The notes: a model not told the origin generated them from the letters alone. A stretch of 64,000 bases of DNA from an uncultured delta proteobacterium (GCA_963816395.1 CAWFKQ010000005.1:32001-96000), one strand, 5' to 3'. Numbered from the stretch's first letter, positions 1-11,425 are shown. Numbers and translations are program-made.

Positions 1-4
1 CGTT

Positions 5-805
5 TTGAGCCGGGGGGAGGAATTCCTCCAGGTCTTCAAGAAAGGCGCCGAATTTACGCAGGAGATTCTCAAGGAAAACGAGCGCCTGCGCTTCCAGATC
101 TTGCAGCTTGAGGAGGGACTGAAAAAACGACCGGAAGAGGTCCAGGCGCCGGACCAGGAAACTCTCCGGTTGCGCCGGAAAATAGATGACCTGGAACGGG
201 AAAAACAGGAAATTGTCGCCCGGATCCAGCAGGTGGAGGAGGAAAATCTGGATTTCGCCAACCGCTATGTGGAGGTTGAAAACCAGAACAACATGCTGGC
301 CAACCTGTACATCGCCTCCTACCAGCTTCATTCAACCCTCGATCACAAGGAAGTGCTGCAGATCATTACGGAAATTGTCATCAATCTGATCGGTGCCGAA
401 GAGTTCGCGGTCATGGTGATCGGCGACAAGGTCCGAAAGCTGCATGCGGTGGCCTGCGAGGGACTGGAGTTGCCGGATATCCCTCCCGTCCGGATCGGCG
501 AGGGGATAATCGGCGAGGCGGCGCGATCGGGAGAGAATTATTTCATCGAGCACATGGAGGGATATGTCCGGGACTTGAAAAGCCCCCTGGTCTGCATCCC
601 GTTGAAAATAAAGGATCATGTCATCGGAGTGCTGGTCATCTACAAGTTGCTGGAACAGAAGGACCGGTTTGCCGATGTCGATTTCGAACTGTTTACCCTG
701 CTGGCCGGACATGCTGCCACCGCAATCTTCTCCTCCAAACTCTATTCAGAATCGGAGCGGAAGCTGTCCACCATCCAGGGCTTCATCGATCTCATGACCA
801 AATAG
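5..805 (+). CDS. Coiled-coil + GAF domain protein, probably end of a chemotaxis-type cluster
   Basis: N-terminal coiled coil, then GAF-like segment (GEGIIGEAA...LVCIPLKIKDHVIGVLVIY); next to a CheY-like gene; start uncertain at window edge. Confidence 0.75.
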   Translation: MSRGEEFLQVFKKGAEFTQEILKENERLRFQILQLEEGLKKRPEEVQAPDQETLRLRRKIDDLEREKQEIVARIQQVEEENLDFANRYVEVENQNNMLANLYIASYQLHSTLDHKEVLQIITEIVINLIGAEEFAVMVIGDKVRKLHAVACEGLELPDIPPVRIGEGIIGEAARSGENYFIEHMEGYVRDLKSPLVCIPLKIKDHVIGVLVIYKLLEQKDRFADVDFELFTLLAGHAATAIFSSKLYSESERKLSTIQGFIDLMTK

Positions 806-824
806 GTTGCGGAGGGATTCAGGA

Positions 825-1205
825 ATGAATAACTATAAAGTTCTGGTCGTCGAAGATTCGCCCACCATGCGCCAGCTTATCGTCTTTGCCCTGAAACGCC
901 TCCGGGGCTTGGTTATCGTTGAAGCCAACGATGGCGTCGACGGTCTCAAGAAATTGACCGGAGATAAGTTCGACCTGATCATCACCGATATCAACATGCC
1001 GATCATGAACGGCCTTAAACTGGTCAGCCTGGTTCGCCGTGATCCCGGTTACCAGAAGACGCCCATCATTATCGTCACCACCGAGGGTGCCGAAGAGGAT
1101 CGGGAGCGAGCCCTGGCTTTGGGCGCCAACGAATACATCACCAAGCCGGTGCAGACCACCAGACTCCTCGAGGTGACTCGGCGGCTTTTAAATCTAGGTC
1201 CCTGA
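825..1205 (+). CDS. CheY-like single-domain response regulator
   Basis: VLVVEDS, DINMP phospho-Asp, T and KP motifs; ATG at 825 after GGAGG. Confidence 0.9.
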   Translation: MNNYKVLVVEDSPTMRQLIVFALKRLRGLVIVEANDGVDGLKKLTGDKFDLIITDINMPIMNGLKLVSLVRRDPGYQKTPIIIVTTEGAEEDRERALALGANEYITKPVQTTRLLEVTRRLLNLGP

Positions 1206-1222
1206 TGCCGGTGCCATTCGGA

Positions 1223-1255
1223 TTGACAAATCGCCGGCAACTTGTGGTATATACT
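1223..1255 (+). promoter_or_regulatory. Putative sigma70 promoter for infA
   Basis: TTGACA at 1223 and TGGTATATACT -10-like element; spacing imperfect. Confidence 0.45.
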
Positions 1256-1301
1256 TTTGATTGCCCGGGAACCGGGATTTCACTTTGCAAAGGAGGCTCT
1301 T

Positions 1302-1520
1302 TTGGCTAAAGAAGAAGCGATTGAAGTTGAGGGTTCGGTTATTGAACCGCTTCCCAATGCTATGTTCCGGGTCAAACTCGATAACGGGCACATCGTCCTG
1401 GCACATATTTCCGGGAAGATGCGCAAGTTCTATATCCGCATTCTCCCTGGCGATCGGGTAACGGTGGAACTCTCCCCCTATGATTTGACCCGCGGCAGAA
1501 TTACCTACCGGGAAAAATAG
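1302..1520 (+). CDS. infA: Translation initiation factor IF-1
   Basis: [11 protein letters not shown]...HISGKMRK...[16 protein letters not shown] start after AAGGAGG. Confidence 0.97.
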   Translation: MAKEEAIEVEGSVIEPLPNAMFRVKLDNGHIVLAHISGKMRKFYIRILPGDRVTVELSPYDLTRGRITYREK

Positions 1521-1586
1521 GGCGGTCGTTACCGGTTAATCCCCAACGGCAAGCGAAATTTATTTCCGGCTATCTTACGCAGACAT

Positions 1587-1608
1587 ACCGGCGTACACGC
1601 CGGTTTTC
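1587..1608 (+). terminator. Hairpin, possible intrinsic terminator between infA and leuS
   Basis: ACCGGCG-TACA-CGCCGGT followed by TTT. Confidence 0.45.
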
Positions 1609-1629
1609 CTGTTTATGAGCGGAGACGTT

Positions 1630-4186
1630 ATGGAAGAACGTTACACCCCCGAGGCCATCGAGGGGCGATGGCAGCAGATCTGGGCGGAGCGCAAGTCTTT
1701 CAAAGCGGCCGAGGAGTCAGACCGGCGCAAGTTCTATCTGCTGGAGATGTTTCCCTATCCCTCCGGGCGCATCCACATGGGGCACGTGCGCAACTATTCC
1801 ATTGGGGATGTGGTGGCCCGCTTCAAGCGGCTGCAGGGGTTCAACGTCCTTCATCCGATGGGCTGGGATGCCTTCGGCATGCCGGCCGAGAATGCGGCCA
1901 TCCAGCACGGAACCCATCCGGCCAAATGGACTTACGAGAACATCGCCAACATGCGCGTCCAGCTGAAGAAGATGGGGTTCTCGTATGACTGGGACCGGGA
2001 ATTCGCCACCTGTGACCGCGAATATTATCGGTGGGAGCAGCTGATTTTCCTGAAGATGTTCGAGAAAGGGCTGGCCTACAAGAAAAGCTCTTCGGTCAAC
2101 TGGTGCCCGGCCTGCCAGACCGTACTGGCCAATGAGCAGGTCGAGGATGGCCGATGCTGGCGCTGCGACAGTGAAGTGATAGCCAAGGAACTCGAGCAGT
2201 GGTTCTTCAGAATCACCGATTATGCCGAAGAACTGCTGGACTGGACGTACCGTTTGCCGGGCTGGCCGGAGCCGGTCCTGATCATGCAGCGCAACTGGAT
2301 CGGACGCAGTGTCGGCTGTGAGATCGACTTCCCGGTGGAGAATTCAGCCAGGACGGTCCGGGTCTTCACCACTCGCCAGGATACCCTTTACGGTGCAACT
2401 TTCATGAGTCTCGCCCCCGAGCACCCGCTCGCCCTGGAGCTGACGGTGCCGGAACAGCGGCAGCAGGTGGAGGCCTTTATGGCCCGGATGCGCCGGGAGG
2501 ACAAGGCCCGCCGCACCAGCGATGAGCAGGAAAAGGAAGGCGTTTTCACCGGCAGCTACTGTCTCAATCCGGTCAGCGGCCGGAAAATGCCCGTCTTCCT
2601 CGCCAACTTCGTGCTCATGGAATACGGCACCGGTGCGGTGATGGCGGTCCCCACCCATGACCAGCGGGATTTTGAATTCGCCCGCAAATACGATCTCCCC
2701 CTGCAGGTGGTCATCCAGCCGGAAGGAGAACGGCTGGCGGCCGCTGCCATGCGTCAGGCCTGGACAGGCCCCGGGTTAATGGTCAACTCGGGAGAATTCG
2801 ATGGCCTGTCGCAATGAGGATGCCAAGGAAAAAATCGCCGATGACCTCGAGCGCCGGAGAATTGGCAGAAAGACGGTCAACTACCGGCTGCGTGACTGGG
2901 GGGTATCCCGCCAGCGCTATTGGGGGACGCCGATTCCGATCCTCTACTGCGAGGCTTGCGGCATTGTCCCGGTTCCGGAGGAGGATCTGCCGGTGGTTCT
3001 GCCCACGGATGTCGAACTTACCGGCGAAGGAGGGAGTCCGCTGGCCAGGAGCGAAGCCTTCCTGCACGCCACCTGCCCCCGTTGCGGCGGCCCGGCGCGG
3101 CGGGAGACAGATACTTTTGACACTTTCGTCGAAAGTTCGTGGTATTTCGCCCGCTATGCCAGCCCTGATTTCAGCGCCGGTCCGCTCGACCGGTCACGGG
3201 TGGAATACTGGCTGCCAGTCGACCAGTACATCGGTGGCGTCGAACATGCGGTAATGCATCTGCTTTATGCCCGCTTCTTCACCAAGGTGTTGCGCGACCT
3301 GGGAATGATGGACATCGACGAACCGTTTACTAACCTCCTTACCCAGGGGATGGTCTGCATGGAGACCCGCTCCTGCCCCCGGCATGGCTGGCTATTTCCG
3401 GAGGACGTGGCCGAGGGCCGCTGCCGCAAGTGCGGTGCCGAGGCGACGATCGGCCGCATTGAGAAAATGAGCAAATCGAAGAAGAACGTGATCGACCCCG
3501 ACAGCCTGATCGAGCGCTATGGGGCCGATACCGCGCGACTTTTCTCCCTCTTCGCGGCTCCGCCAGAGAAAGATCTGGAGTGGAATGAGCAGGGGGTGGA
3601 AGGTTGCTTTCGCTTTCTGAACCGGGTCTGGCGGGCGGTCTACGATAATCGGCAATTGCTCCGTCGCCCTGAACTGCCGGTCGAAACCAGCGTGCCGGCG
3701 CGACGGCTGCGGCGTCTGACGCATCGCACCATCCGCAAGGTGACTGAGGACATCGACGGTCGCTTCCATTTCAACACCGCTATCGCCGCCATCATGGAAC
3801 TGGTCAACGAAATTTATGGCTGCGAGGAGAAGGGAGCCTGCCCCGGTGCCCTTCGAGAAGCGCTGGAAACGGTGGTTCGGCTCCTGGCTCCGTTCGTTCC
3901 GCATATAGCGGAAGAACTCTGGAGTCACCTGGGGCACGCCGGAGGTTTGGAGGCGGCCGGTTGGCCGGTTTGGGACGAAGCGGCCATGGCTGAAGAGGAG
4001 AAAACTATCGTCATTCAGGTGAATGGCAAGGTGCGCGGGAAAATAATTGTGCCGGCTCAGGCCGATGCGCATGAGGTCGAACGGGCGGCATTGACCGAGG
4101 CCAATGTCACCCGGTTTATAGCCGGGCAGACGGTACGCAAGGTGGTGATCGTTCCCGGCCGACTGGTCAATGTGGTGGTCGGCTGA
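1630..4186 (+). CDS. leuS: Leucine--tRNA ligase (frameshift near 2810, likely sequencing indel)
   Basis: [13 protein letters not shown] (HIGH), editing domain and KMSKS; two overlapping ORFs join as ...GLS/NEDAKEK if one base is removed. Confidence 0.95.
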
Positions 4187-4698
4187 TGCGTTATTTTCCT
4201 GCGCTTCTGATATCGCTGCTGCTGGTGTTGATTGGCGGCTGCGGCTATCATCTGCAGGGCAGGGGAGGGAATCTCCCTGCAGATGTGCGGACCCTGAGTG
4301 TGGAAATGTTCGCCAACAAAACCCTGGAGCCCTTTCTGGAGAGCACGGTCAGCGAACTGGTGGCAGAGCGATTTATTCGCGGCCGGCTCTTCCAGGTTGT
4401 AAACCACTCCGCCGGCGCTGATGCCGTCCTCTCCGGCCAGGTCACGGCCTATACCAGTGAACCGATCGCTTACGACCAGAACGACACCATCGTCCGTTAC
4501 CGCTCCTCAATGGCAGTCTCCGCCCTCCTGCGCCGCGCCAGCGGAGCAGTCCTGTGGAAAGGGGCGATCTCCTGGAGTGAAGAGTACGCGGCCAGCCCGA
4601 ACAAGGCAGTGCAGGACGATAATGAATCCGCTGCCATACGGCTGATCAGCGAGCGGGTCGCCGAAGAGCTTTATTTTCGCTTGAGCGATAATTTCTGA
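4186..4698 (+). CDS. lptE: LPS assembly lipoprotein LptE family
   Basis: Lipobox IGGCGYHL; conserved leuS-lptE-holA order. Confidence 0.85.
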   Translation: MRYFPALLISLLLVLIGGCGYHLQGRGGNLPADVRTLSVEMFANKTLEPFLESTVSELVAERFIRGRLFQVVNHSAGADAVLSGQVTAYTSEPIAYDQNDTIVRYRSSMAVSALLRRASGAVLWKGAISWSEEYAASPNKAVQDDNESAAIRLISERVAEELYFRLSDNF

Positions 4699-5738
4699 TG
4701 AAATCCGCTGAACTGGATAAGATGCTGGGGAGCGGGAAAATTTCCCCCCTCCTGCTTCTTCACGGTGAAGAAACCTTTCTCCTGGAGAAGGCTTTGCTAC
4801 GGCTGCTGAATGTCACCGTGCCGGAGGCACGGGATTTCAACTATCAGCTGATTCGCGGCAGGGAAGTTCGAGCAGCCGTAATCATCGATGCAGCCCGCAC
4901 TCTGCCGGTTTTTTCCTCTTACCGTCTGATTCTTATCAAGGAAACAGAGGAAATCCCCGCAGCCGAACTCGATGCCTTTATTCCCTATCTTCGGGATCCA
5001 TGTCTGGAGACGGTCCTGGTCTTCACCGCTGAAAAAATCGACGGGCGCCGGAAATTCTTCCAGGAATTCCGAAAGCACGGCCAGCTGTTTGAATTCCGGC
5101 GCCTGTATGAAAATCAGATTCCGGCCTTTGTTGAGGAACAGGCCCGCAGTGCCGGATTTTTCTTTACTGGGGATGCCCTGGCGCAATTCTGCCGGCGGGT
5201 TGGGAACAATCTTCAGGAAGTGCACGGGGAGTTGATGAAGCTCTTCAGCTTTCTTGGTGATCGTACCCTGGCCGACGTGGCCGACGTGGCGGCGGTCGTC
5301 TCCGATACCCGCATCGACAGCATTTTCGACCTGACTAATGCCATCGGCCAGAAAAAAACGGTTGAGGCGCTTCTGTTGCTCGAGCGAATGCTCGGGGAAG
5401 GGATGGCCCCGCTGCTCATTCTGAGCATGCTGGTCCGTCATTTTCGGCAACTATGGATGGCGCGGGAATTGCTCGACCAAAAAACGGCGCCGCGGGAGAT
5501 TGCCAAGCAACTCGGCATCAACCCCTACTTCCTGGAGGGGCTCCTGCACCAGGCCAGACGTTTTTCAACGACCGGTTACCGTCAGGCTTTTGAACTCTTC
5601 CTCGAGGTGGACCAGGCACTCAAGGCGACTGGGGCTCACCCGGCTGCCCGTTTGGAATGCTTGATCCTGGCCCTTGGGGAGGGAAACCTTGGGGGGCCGG
5701 CGGGAAACGAAAAAGGGGCCTCAGCCCCTTCTCCGTGA
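4698..5738 (+). CDS. holA: DNA polymerase III delta subunit
   Basis: LLLHGEETFLL N-terminus, SIFDLTNAIG; synteny. Confidence 0.9.
   Translation: MKSAELDKMLGSGKISPLLLLHGEETFLLEKALLRLLNVTVPEARDFNYQLIRGREVRAAVIIDAARTLPVFSSYRLILIKETEEIPAAELDAFIPYLRDPCLETVLVFTAEKIDGRRKFFQEFRKHGQLFEFRRLYENQIPAFVEEQARSAGFFFTGDALAQFCRRVGNNLQEVHGELMKLFSFLGDRTLADVADVAAVVSDTRIDSIFDLTNAIGQKKTVEALLLLERMLGEGMAPLLILSMLVRHFRQLWMARELLDQKTAPREIAKQLGINPYFLEGLLHQARRFSTTGYRQAFELFLEVDQALKATGAHPAARLECLILALGEGNLGGPAGNEKGASAPSP
5710..5731 (-). terminator. Intrinsic terminator downstream of rpsT
   Basis: AAGGGGC-CTCA-GCCCCTT with an A-run giving a U-tract on the minus strand. Confidence 0.55.
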
Positions 5739-5754
5739 GCACAGCGCGGATAAT

Positions 5755-6018
5755 TTATTGCAGGTTGTTAACCAGCCTGGTCAGTCGGCTGATTTTCCGG
5801 CTGGCGGTCGCTTTGTGAATAACCCCCTTGGTCGCCGCTTTGTCGATGAACGGGATGGCCCGCTCCAGGGCCGCTTTCGCCGCACTCGAATTTCCCCCGG
5901 CGACGGCTTCCCGGACTTGTTTGACGAATGTCCGCATGGTAGAGCGGATATGAGTGTTGCGGGCATTGCGGACAGCATTTTGCCGATTTCTCTTGATGGC
6001 TGACTTGTGATTGGCCAA
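5755..6018 (-). CDS. rpsT: 30S ribosomal protein S20
   Basis: [10 protein letters not shown]...[19 protein letters not shown] start. Confidence 0.97.
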   Translation of the reverse strand: MANHKSAIKRNRQNAVRNARNTHIRSTMRTFVKQVREAVAGGNSSAAKAALERAIPFIDKAATKGVIHKATASRKISRLTRLVNNLQ

Positions 6019-6262
6019 GGTTCAGTCCTCCTTGCTCTCTCGATTGGATCCGTGGTGATTAATTTCCTTTGATGGCCGGTTTATACCATCGAAATTTCTT
6101 TGAGTCAAGCTAAAAGTTCTCCAATCATTTCATGCATTCCTTTTATCATCAGTGAGTTATGTTGGCAGTAGAGGGAATTAAATATAAATAATCCCATTTT
6201 TCCGGAACAGATGCCGTCTTTTCTGGTGGCCGGTGAAGAGCCGTGGCCACCTGCTGGAAACC

Positions 6263-7837
6263 ATGTCGGAGAAGAAGAAAATATCACGGGCCACCGGCAT
6301 CATGGGGGTCGCTACTATGATGAGCCGGGTGGCGGGTCTGGTGCGGGATATGGTTGTTGCCAGCCTGTTCGGAGCCGGATTTGCCACCGATGCCTTCTTC
6401 ATGGCGTTCACCATTCCCAACCTGCTGCGTCGCTTTTTTGCCGAGGGGTCGCTCACCGCCGCCTTCATTCCTACCTTTGCCGATGTCTACCATCGGCAGG
6501 GAGAGGCGGAGGCCAAACAGCTGGCGGGCATCTGCTGGACCTTGCTGCTGATCGTCATGGCCATTGTCGCCGCAGCCGGAATTCTCGCTTCACCCTGGCT
6601 CGTTCGATTGATCGGTTACGGTTTCAGTACTGTCGAAGGCAAATTGGCGCTGACTGACCATCTGAACCGGTTGATGTTCCCTTATATTTTCTTTGTCAGC
6701 CTGCTGGCGCTGCTGACCGGGGTGATGAATGTTCTGGGGCATTTTTTCCTGCCGGCGGTCTCTCCCGTTCTGCTCAACCTGGCAATGATCCTCTGTGCCG
6801 TCGCCCTTGCGCCCCATTTCGCCGTACCGATCACCGCCCTGGCAATCGGCGTGCTGCTGGGAGGGGCACTGCAGTTGGCGATTCAACTGCCGGTTCTGCG
6901 CGGATTAGGGATTTCCCTGCGACCGAATTTCAATTTTCGGCATCCGGCCATCGGGCGGATCGCCCGTCTGATGCTGCCTGGGATAGCCGGGGTGGCAATC
7001 TACCAGATCAACGTGCTGGTCACCCGCCTTCTCGCTTCCTTTCTTCCCCAGGGAAGCGTCTCCTATCTTTACTATGGACAACGTCTCTTCGAGTTTCCCC
7101 AGGGCATCTTTGTCGTTTCTCTCGCCCAGGCGGTGCTCCCCGCCATGAGCCGGCAGATTGCCCTGGGAGATGAGCAGGGGCTGAAGGACTCACTTCGCTT
7201 TGCCCTCGCTCTGATCATTCTGGTCACCTTGCCGGCGGCGGCCGGTTTGATGCTCTGTGCCATCCCGGTGTATAGCTTGTTTTTTATGGGGGGGGCATTC
7301 AATTATGAGGATGTCCGGCAGACGGCCCTGGCCCTGATCGCTTATGCACCAGGACTCCTCTTCGTCGGCGTCAGTCGCGTGGTAGTCCCGACTTTTTATG
7401 CCAGAAAAAATACGCGCACGCCGGTCTGGATCTCCTTCTGGACGCTTCTGGTCAATGCCGGGCTAGGCCTGCTGCTGATGGGTCCACTGCAGCATGCGGG
7501 CCTGGCTCTGGCACTGACCCTCTCTTCGGTTTTCAACGCGGTGCTGCTGGTCTGGGCCCTGCGACGGCAGATAGGCTGCCTGGGACTGCGGTCTGTCCTG
7601 AATACCCTGATGCGGGTAGTCCCGGCAACCGGGCTGATGGCCGCCGCCGTTTGGTCTTTGGTCCGTCTAGGACCGTGGAATGAGACCGGCCTGATTGCGG
7701 TCAAGGCGGCCTTTCTGACGGCCGCTATTCTGGCCGGTGCCGGGGCTTATGCGACCGGTTGCCTTTTGTTTCGGGTTCCCGAGGCTGGAGAAGCAGTGGC
7801 CATTGTTCAACGTAAATTGCTGCGGAAAGCGCCGTGA
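6263..7837 (+). CDS. murJ: Lipid II flippase MurJ (MviN)
   Basis: SRVAGLVRD, PNLLRRFFAEG, RLFEFPQG motifs; polytopic membrane protein. Confidence 0.95.
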   Translation: MSEKKKISRATGIMGVATMMSRVAGLVRDMVVASLFGAGFATDAFFMAFTIPNLLRRFFAEGSLTAAFIPTFADVYHRQGEAEAKQLAGICWTLLLIVMAIVAAAGILASPWLVRLIGYGFSTVEGKLALTDHLNRLMFPYIFFVSLLALLTGVMNVLGHFFLPAVSPVLLNLAMILCAVALAPHFAVPITALAIGVLLGGALQLAIQLPVLRGLGISLRPNFNFRHPAIGRIARLMLPGIAGVAIYQINVLVTRLLASFLPQGSVSYLYYGQRLFEFPQGIFVVSLAQAVLPAMSRQIALGDEQGLKDSLRFALALIILVTLPAAAGLMLCAIPVYSLFFMGGAFNYEDVRQTALALIAYAPGLLFVGVSRVVVPTFYARKNTRTPVWISFWTLLVNAGLGLLLMGPLQHAGLALALTLSSVFNAVLLVWALRRQIGCLGLRSVLNTLMRVVPATGLMAAAVWSLVRLGPWNETGLIAVKAAFLTAAILAGAGAYATGCLLFRVPEAGEAVAIVQRKLLRKAP

Positions 7838-8385
7838 AAGGCCGGCCTGGGCCGGGCACCGGGCATTTCCTGTTCTGGAAGAGCCCTGTTGGCTGGATCG
7901 GTCTGGTTGCCGGTGCGAAGGGGTTGCGGGAGGTTATCCTGCAGGCAGATCCTCCACCGATGCGCGAGAGCCTTCCTGATCATTGCCTGACGCCTCGGTC
8001 GGATGCCCTCCTCACGGGTCGCCGGCAACTGGATGAATTTTTCCGCGGGGAGCGCCTAACCTTTGATCTGCCCCTTGATCTCCAGGGCCTTTCCCCCTTT
8101 GCCACCAAGGTCCTGCACACTCTGCTCCAGATCCCCTACGGAACCACCATCTCTTACGGTGAGTTGGGGGAACTCTCCGGCTTTCCCCGCACTGCCCGGG
8201 CGGTCGGCGGCGTGATGGCCCGTAATCCCCTGCCGATTGTTATCCCCTGTCATCGGGTTATTGGGGCCGGTGGCCGCCTGACCGGGTATTCGGGTGGAGA
8301 GGGGCTTGCCACTAAAGAGTGGCTGCTGCGGTTTGAGCGGGAATGGAGTCAGGATAAAATTATTCCGGGCAGTAAAAGTTCTTGA
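7834..8385 (+). CDS. ogt: Methylated-DNA--protein-cysteine methyltransferase
   Basis: IPYGTTISYG, RAVG, IPCHRV active site. Confidence 0.92.
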   Translation: MKGRPGPGTGHFLFWKSPVGWIGLVAGAKGLREVILQADPPPMRESLPDHCLTPRSDALLTGRRQLDEFFRGERLTFDLPLDLQGLSPFATKVLHTLLQIPYGTTISYGELGELSGFPRTARAVGGVMARNPLPIVIPCHRVIGAGGRLTGYSGGEGLATKEWLLRFEREWSQDKIIPGSKSS

Positions 8386-8411
8386 CACCCCTTCGTCACA
8401 TTTGATAAAAG
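8382..8411 (+). promoter_or_regulatory. Putative sigma70 promoter for tRNA-Val/thrS
   Basis: TTGACA at 8382 and TGATAAAA around 8403-8410. Confidence 0.5.
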
Positions 8412-8430
8412 TTACCGGCGTTACGGTTGT

Positions 8431-8505
<75 letters not shown>

Positions 8506-8572
8506 ATTTCGAACCCACAGCCGTCTAACCGCGTGAGGCATCCCCGGATGCCTCTTTTCGTTGGAGAGTAAA

Positions 8573-10489
8573 ATGGAACTGGTGCGGATCGAACTGCCGG
8601 ATGGTGCCAGCCGTGAATTTGCTGCGGGCATCACGCCGCGGGAGATTGCCCACACTCTAGGCGAGCGCCTGGCAAAGCAGGCGGTCGCCGCCCGTGTTGA
8701 CGGTGGTGTGGTCGATCTTGCCGCGCCCATCAACAATGATTGCCGACTTGAACTTGTCACCCTCCGTTCTCCGGAGGGTCTCAAAATCTACCGTCACTCC
8801 TCTGCCCATTTGCTGGCGCATGCGGTCAAATCCCTGTTTGGGCGAGAGGTCCAAGTGACCATCGGTCCCGCCATTGAGAACGGCTTCTATTACGACTTTT
8901 ACAGTGATCGACATATCTTTTCCCCCGAGGAATTTGATCGCATTGAGGCCAGGATGGCAGAACTGGCCGTTGCCGACCTGCCGATCACCCGTGAAGTCAT
9001 AAGCCGCGACAGCGCCATTGCTCTATTCAGGGAGATGGGCGAAACCTACAAAGTGCAGCTCATCGAGGACCTGCCCGACGAAATGGTCTCTCTCTATCGG
9101 CAGGGGGATTTCGTCGACCTCTGTCGTGGGCCGCATCTCCCCTCCACCAGTTGGATCAAAGCCTTTAAGCTGACCAGCGTAGCCGGGGCCTATTGGCGGG
9201 GTGATGAGCACAATGCCATGCTGCAGCGGATCTACGCCACCGCTTTTCCAGACCGCAAGGAGATGAAGGCCTATCTGGACAGACTGGAGGAGGCGAGAAA
9301 GCGCGATCACCGCAAACTCGGCCGCGAATTGGACCTGTTCTCTTTCAGTGAGGAAGCTGGTGCCGGTCTGGTCATCTGGCACCCTAAAGGGGCGCTGCTG
9401 CGTACCCTGCTTGAGGATTTCGAGCGGCGGGAACATCTGAAGCGCGGCTATGACCTCGTCATGGGCCCGCAAATCCTGCGCACCGAGCTGTGGAAAACCT
9501 CCGGGCATTATGAAAATTACCGGGAGAACATGTATTTCACCGAGGTGGAGGAGCAGAGCTACGGCATCAAGCCGATGAACTGCCTTGCCCACATGCTGAT
9601 CTACAAGTCCCGGATGCGCTCCTATCGTGAGTTGCCCTTGCGCTTATTTGAGCTCGGCACCGTGCATCGCCACGAAAAATCAGGGGTACTGCACGGCTTG
9701 TTGCGGGTTCGCGGTTTTACCCAGGACGACGCGCATATCCTCTGTACCCCCGAGCAGCTGGACGGGGAGATTCAGGGAGTCCTGCGTTTCGTCCAGGACG
9801 TCATGGCGATCTTCGGTTTTTCCTATGAGCTGGAGATCTCCACCCGACCGGAGAAATCAATCGGCAGCGATCAGGATTGGGAGCGGGCGACCAGTGCCTT
9901 GATGGATGCTTTGGAAAAGTCGGGCCTGCCGTTTGAAATAAACGAGGGGGACGGCGCTTTCTATGGTCCAAAGATCGATATCAAACTCAAGGACGCTCTT
10001 GACAGAAAATGGCAGTGTGCTACAATCCAGTGCGATTTTACCCTGCCTGAACGTTTTGATCTCACATACGTGGGGAGCGACGGGGAGAAACACCGCCCGG
10101 TCATGTTGCATCGGGTCATCCTCGGGGCAATCGAACGCTTCGTGGGCGTTTTGATCGAGCATTTCGCCGGTAACTTCCCCCTCTGGATCTCGCCGGTACA
10201 GGCCATCGTCCTCAATGTCACCGACAATCAGGCCGAGTTCGCGGAAGAGGTGTTTCAGCTCCTCCGGTCGGATGGGATACGGGTCCAGAAGGACCTGCGG
10301 AACGAGAAGCTTGGCTTCAAAATCCGCGAGGCTCAGATGGAAAAGATCCCCTATATGCTCGTGATCGGCGATCGGGAAAAGGAGAGCGGCACCGTTTCTC
10401 CGCGCCACCGGTCGGGAAAGAGCCTTGACGGCATGACGCCTGCCGATTTCGTCCGGTTCGTTCAGGACGAATGCAGGCAATACCATTAG
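8573..10489 (+). CDS. thrS: Threonine--tRNA ligase
   Basis: TGS domain, [29 protein letters not shown]. Confidence 0.98.
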   Translation: MELVRIELPDGASREFAAGITPREIAHTLGERLAKQAVAARVDGGVVDLAAPINNDCRLELVTLRSPEGLKIYRHSSAHLLAHAVKSLFGREVQVTIGPAIENGFYYDFYSDRHIFSPEEFDRIEARMAELAVADLPITREVISRDSAIALFREMGETYKVQLIEDLPDEMVSLYRQGDFVDLCRGPHLPSTSWIKAFKLTSVAGAYWRGDEHNAMLQRIYATAFPDRKEMKAYLDRLEEARKRDHRKLGRELDLFSFSEEAGAGLVIWHPKGALLRTLLEDFERREHLKRGYDLVMGPQILRTELWKTSGHYENYRENMYFTEVEEQSYGIKPMNCLAHMLIYKSRMRSYRELPLRLFELGTVHRHEKSGVLHGLLRVRGFTQDDAHILCTPEQLDGEIQGVLRFVQDVMAIFGFSYELEISTRPEKSIGSDQDWERATSALMDALEKSGLPFEINEGDGAFYGPKIDIKLKDALDRKWQCATIQCDFTLPERFDLTYVGSDGEKHRPVMLHRVILGAIERFVGVLIEHFAGNFPLWISPVQAIVLNVTDNQAEFAEEVFQLLRSDGIRVQKDLRNEKLGFKIREAQMEKIPYMLVIGDREKESGTVSPRHRSGKSLDGMTPADFVRFVQDECRQYH

Positions 10490-10500
10490 GAGGTGCCCCC

Positions 10501-11019
10501 ATAGCTAAGCCAGAAGCCACCAATATCAACCGGGCCATTCGCGCCCGGGAAGTCCGCGTCGTTGATGATGAGGGCAACCAGCTCGGCGTCCTGAGTCTAG
10601 CCGAGGCCTTAGCCGCCGCCGAAGAACGCGGTCTGGACCTTGTTGAAGTCTCCCCCAACGCCGATCCCCCCGTCTGCCGAATCATGGATTATGGTAAGTA
10701 CAAGTACCAGACGAGCAAGCGGACAGCCGAAGCGAAGAAAAAGACGGCTCGGGTAGAGATCAAAGAAGTCAAGATGCGCCCCAAGACCGAGGAGCACGAT
10801 TTCCAGGTCAAGATAAGAAATGCGCGCCGCTTCCTCGAAGAGGGGAATAAGGTCAAGGTGACAATCATGTTTCGGGGGCGGGAAGTGACCCATCCCGAAT
10901 TCGGCCACCGCCTGATGACGCGGGTAGGGGAAGAGCTCAAGGACATCGGACAGGTCGAATCGCATCCGGGGATGTTCGGGCGCTTCATGACCATGGTGGT
11001 GGCGCCACTGAAGAAATAA
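10501..11019 (+). CDS. infC: Translation initiation factor IF-3 (non-canonical ATA start)
   Basis: [13 protein letters not shown]...[14 protein letters not shown]...[20 protein letters not shown] followed by ATA at 10501. Confidence 0.95.
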   Translation: MAKPEATNINRAIRAREVRVVDDEGNQLGVLSLAEALAAAEERGLDLVEVSPNADPPVCRIMDYGKYKYQTSKRTAEAKKKTARVEIKEVKMRPKTEEHDFQVKIRNARRFLEEGNKVKVTIMFRGREVTHPEFGHRLMTRVGEELKDIGQVESHPGMFGRFMTMVVAPLKK

Positions 11020-11122
11020 CCGGTTCGCTCGGCAGGCAGATGGGCTGATCGGTGAAAGGAAACTTTTCGCCGACTGCCCGCTAACCCTGGCCGGCAATCT
11101 TTTTTATCGAAGGAGATGGGTG

Positions 11123-11320
11123 ATGCCCAAAATCAAGACTCATCGCGGAGCCGCTAAGCGCTTCCGCAAGACCGGGACCGGAAAGATACGCCGCAACAAG
11201 GCCTTCACCAGCCACATCCTGACTAAGAAGACAACCAAACGCAAGCGCAACCTGCGCCACAGCACGATTGTCAGTAAAGTGGATGAAAAGAATATCAGCC
11301 GCCTGATTCCCTATCTTTAG
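11123..11320 (+). CDS. rpmI: 50S ribosomal protein L35
   Basis: [21 protein letters not shown]. Confidence 0.97.
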   Translation: MPKIKTHRGAAKRFRKTGTGKIRRNKAFTSHILTKKTTKRKRNLRHSTIVSKVDEKNISRLIPYL

Positions 11321-11425
11321 GTAGATCAGGAGGGCTCGGCTTCAAGTCCGTGAACTGAGGGGTATGGTCTCCCCCTTCAGATCCGGCAGCGGGACTCCCG
11401 CCAATGACGCAAGAAGGAGCAGAAA

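Noticed and set aside
1615..4186. Split (two-subunit) leucyl-tRNA synthetase or programmed frameshift
   Set aside because: Removing one base near 2810 restores a continuous protein; the second ORF has no SD, I saw no slippery site, and similar indels occur throughout.
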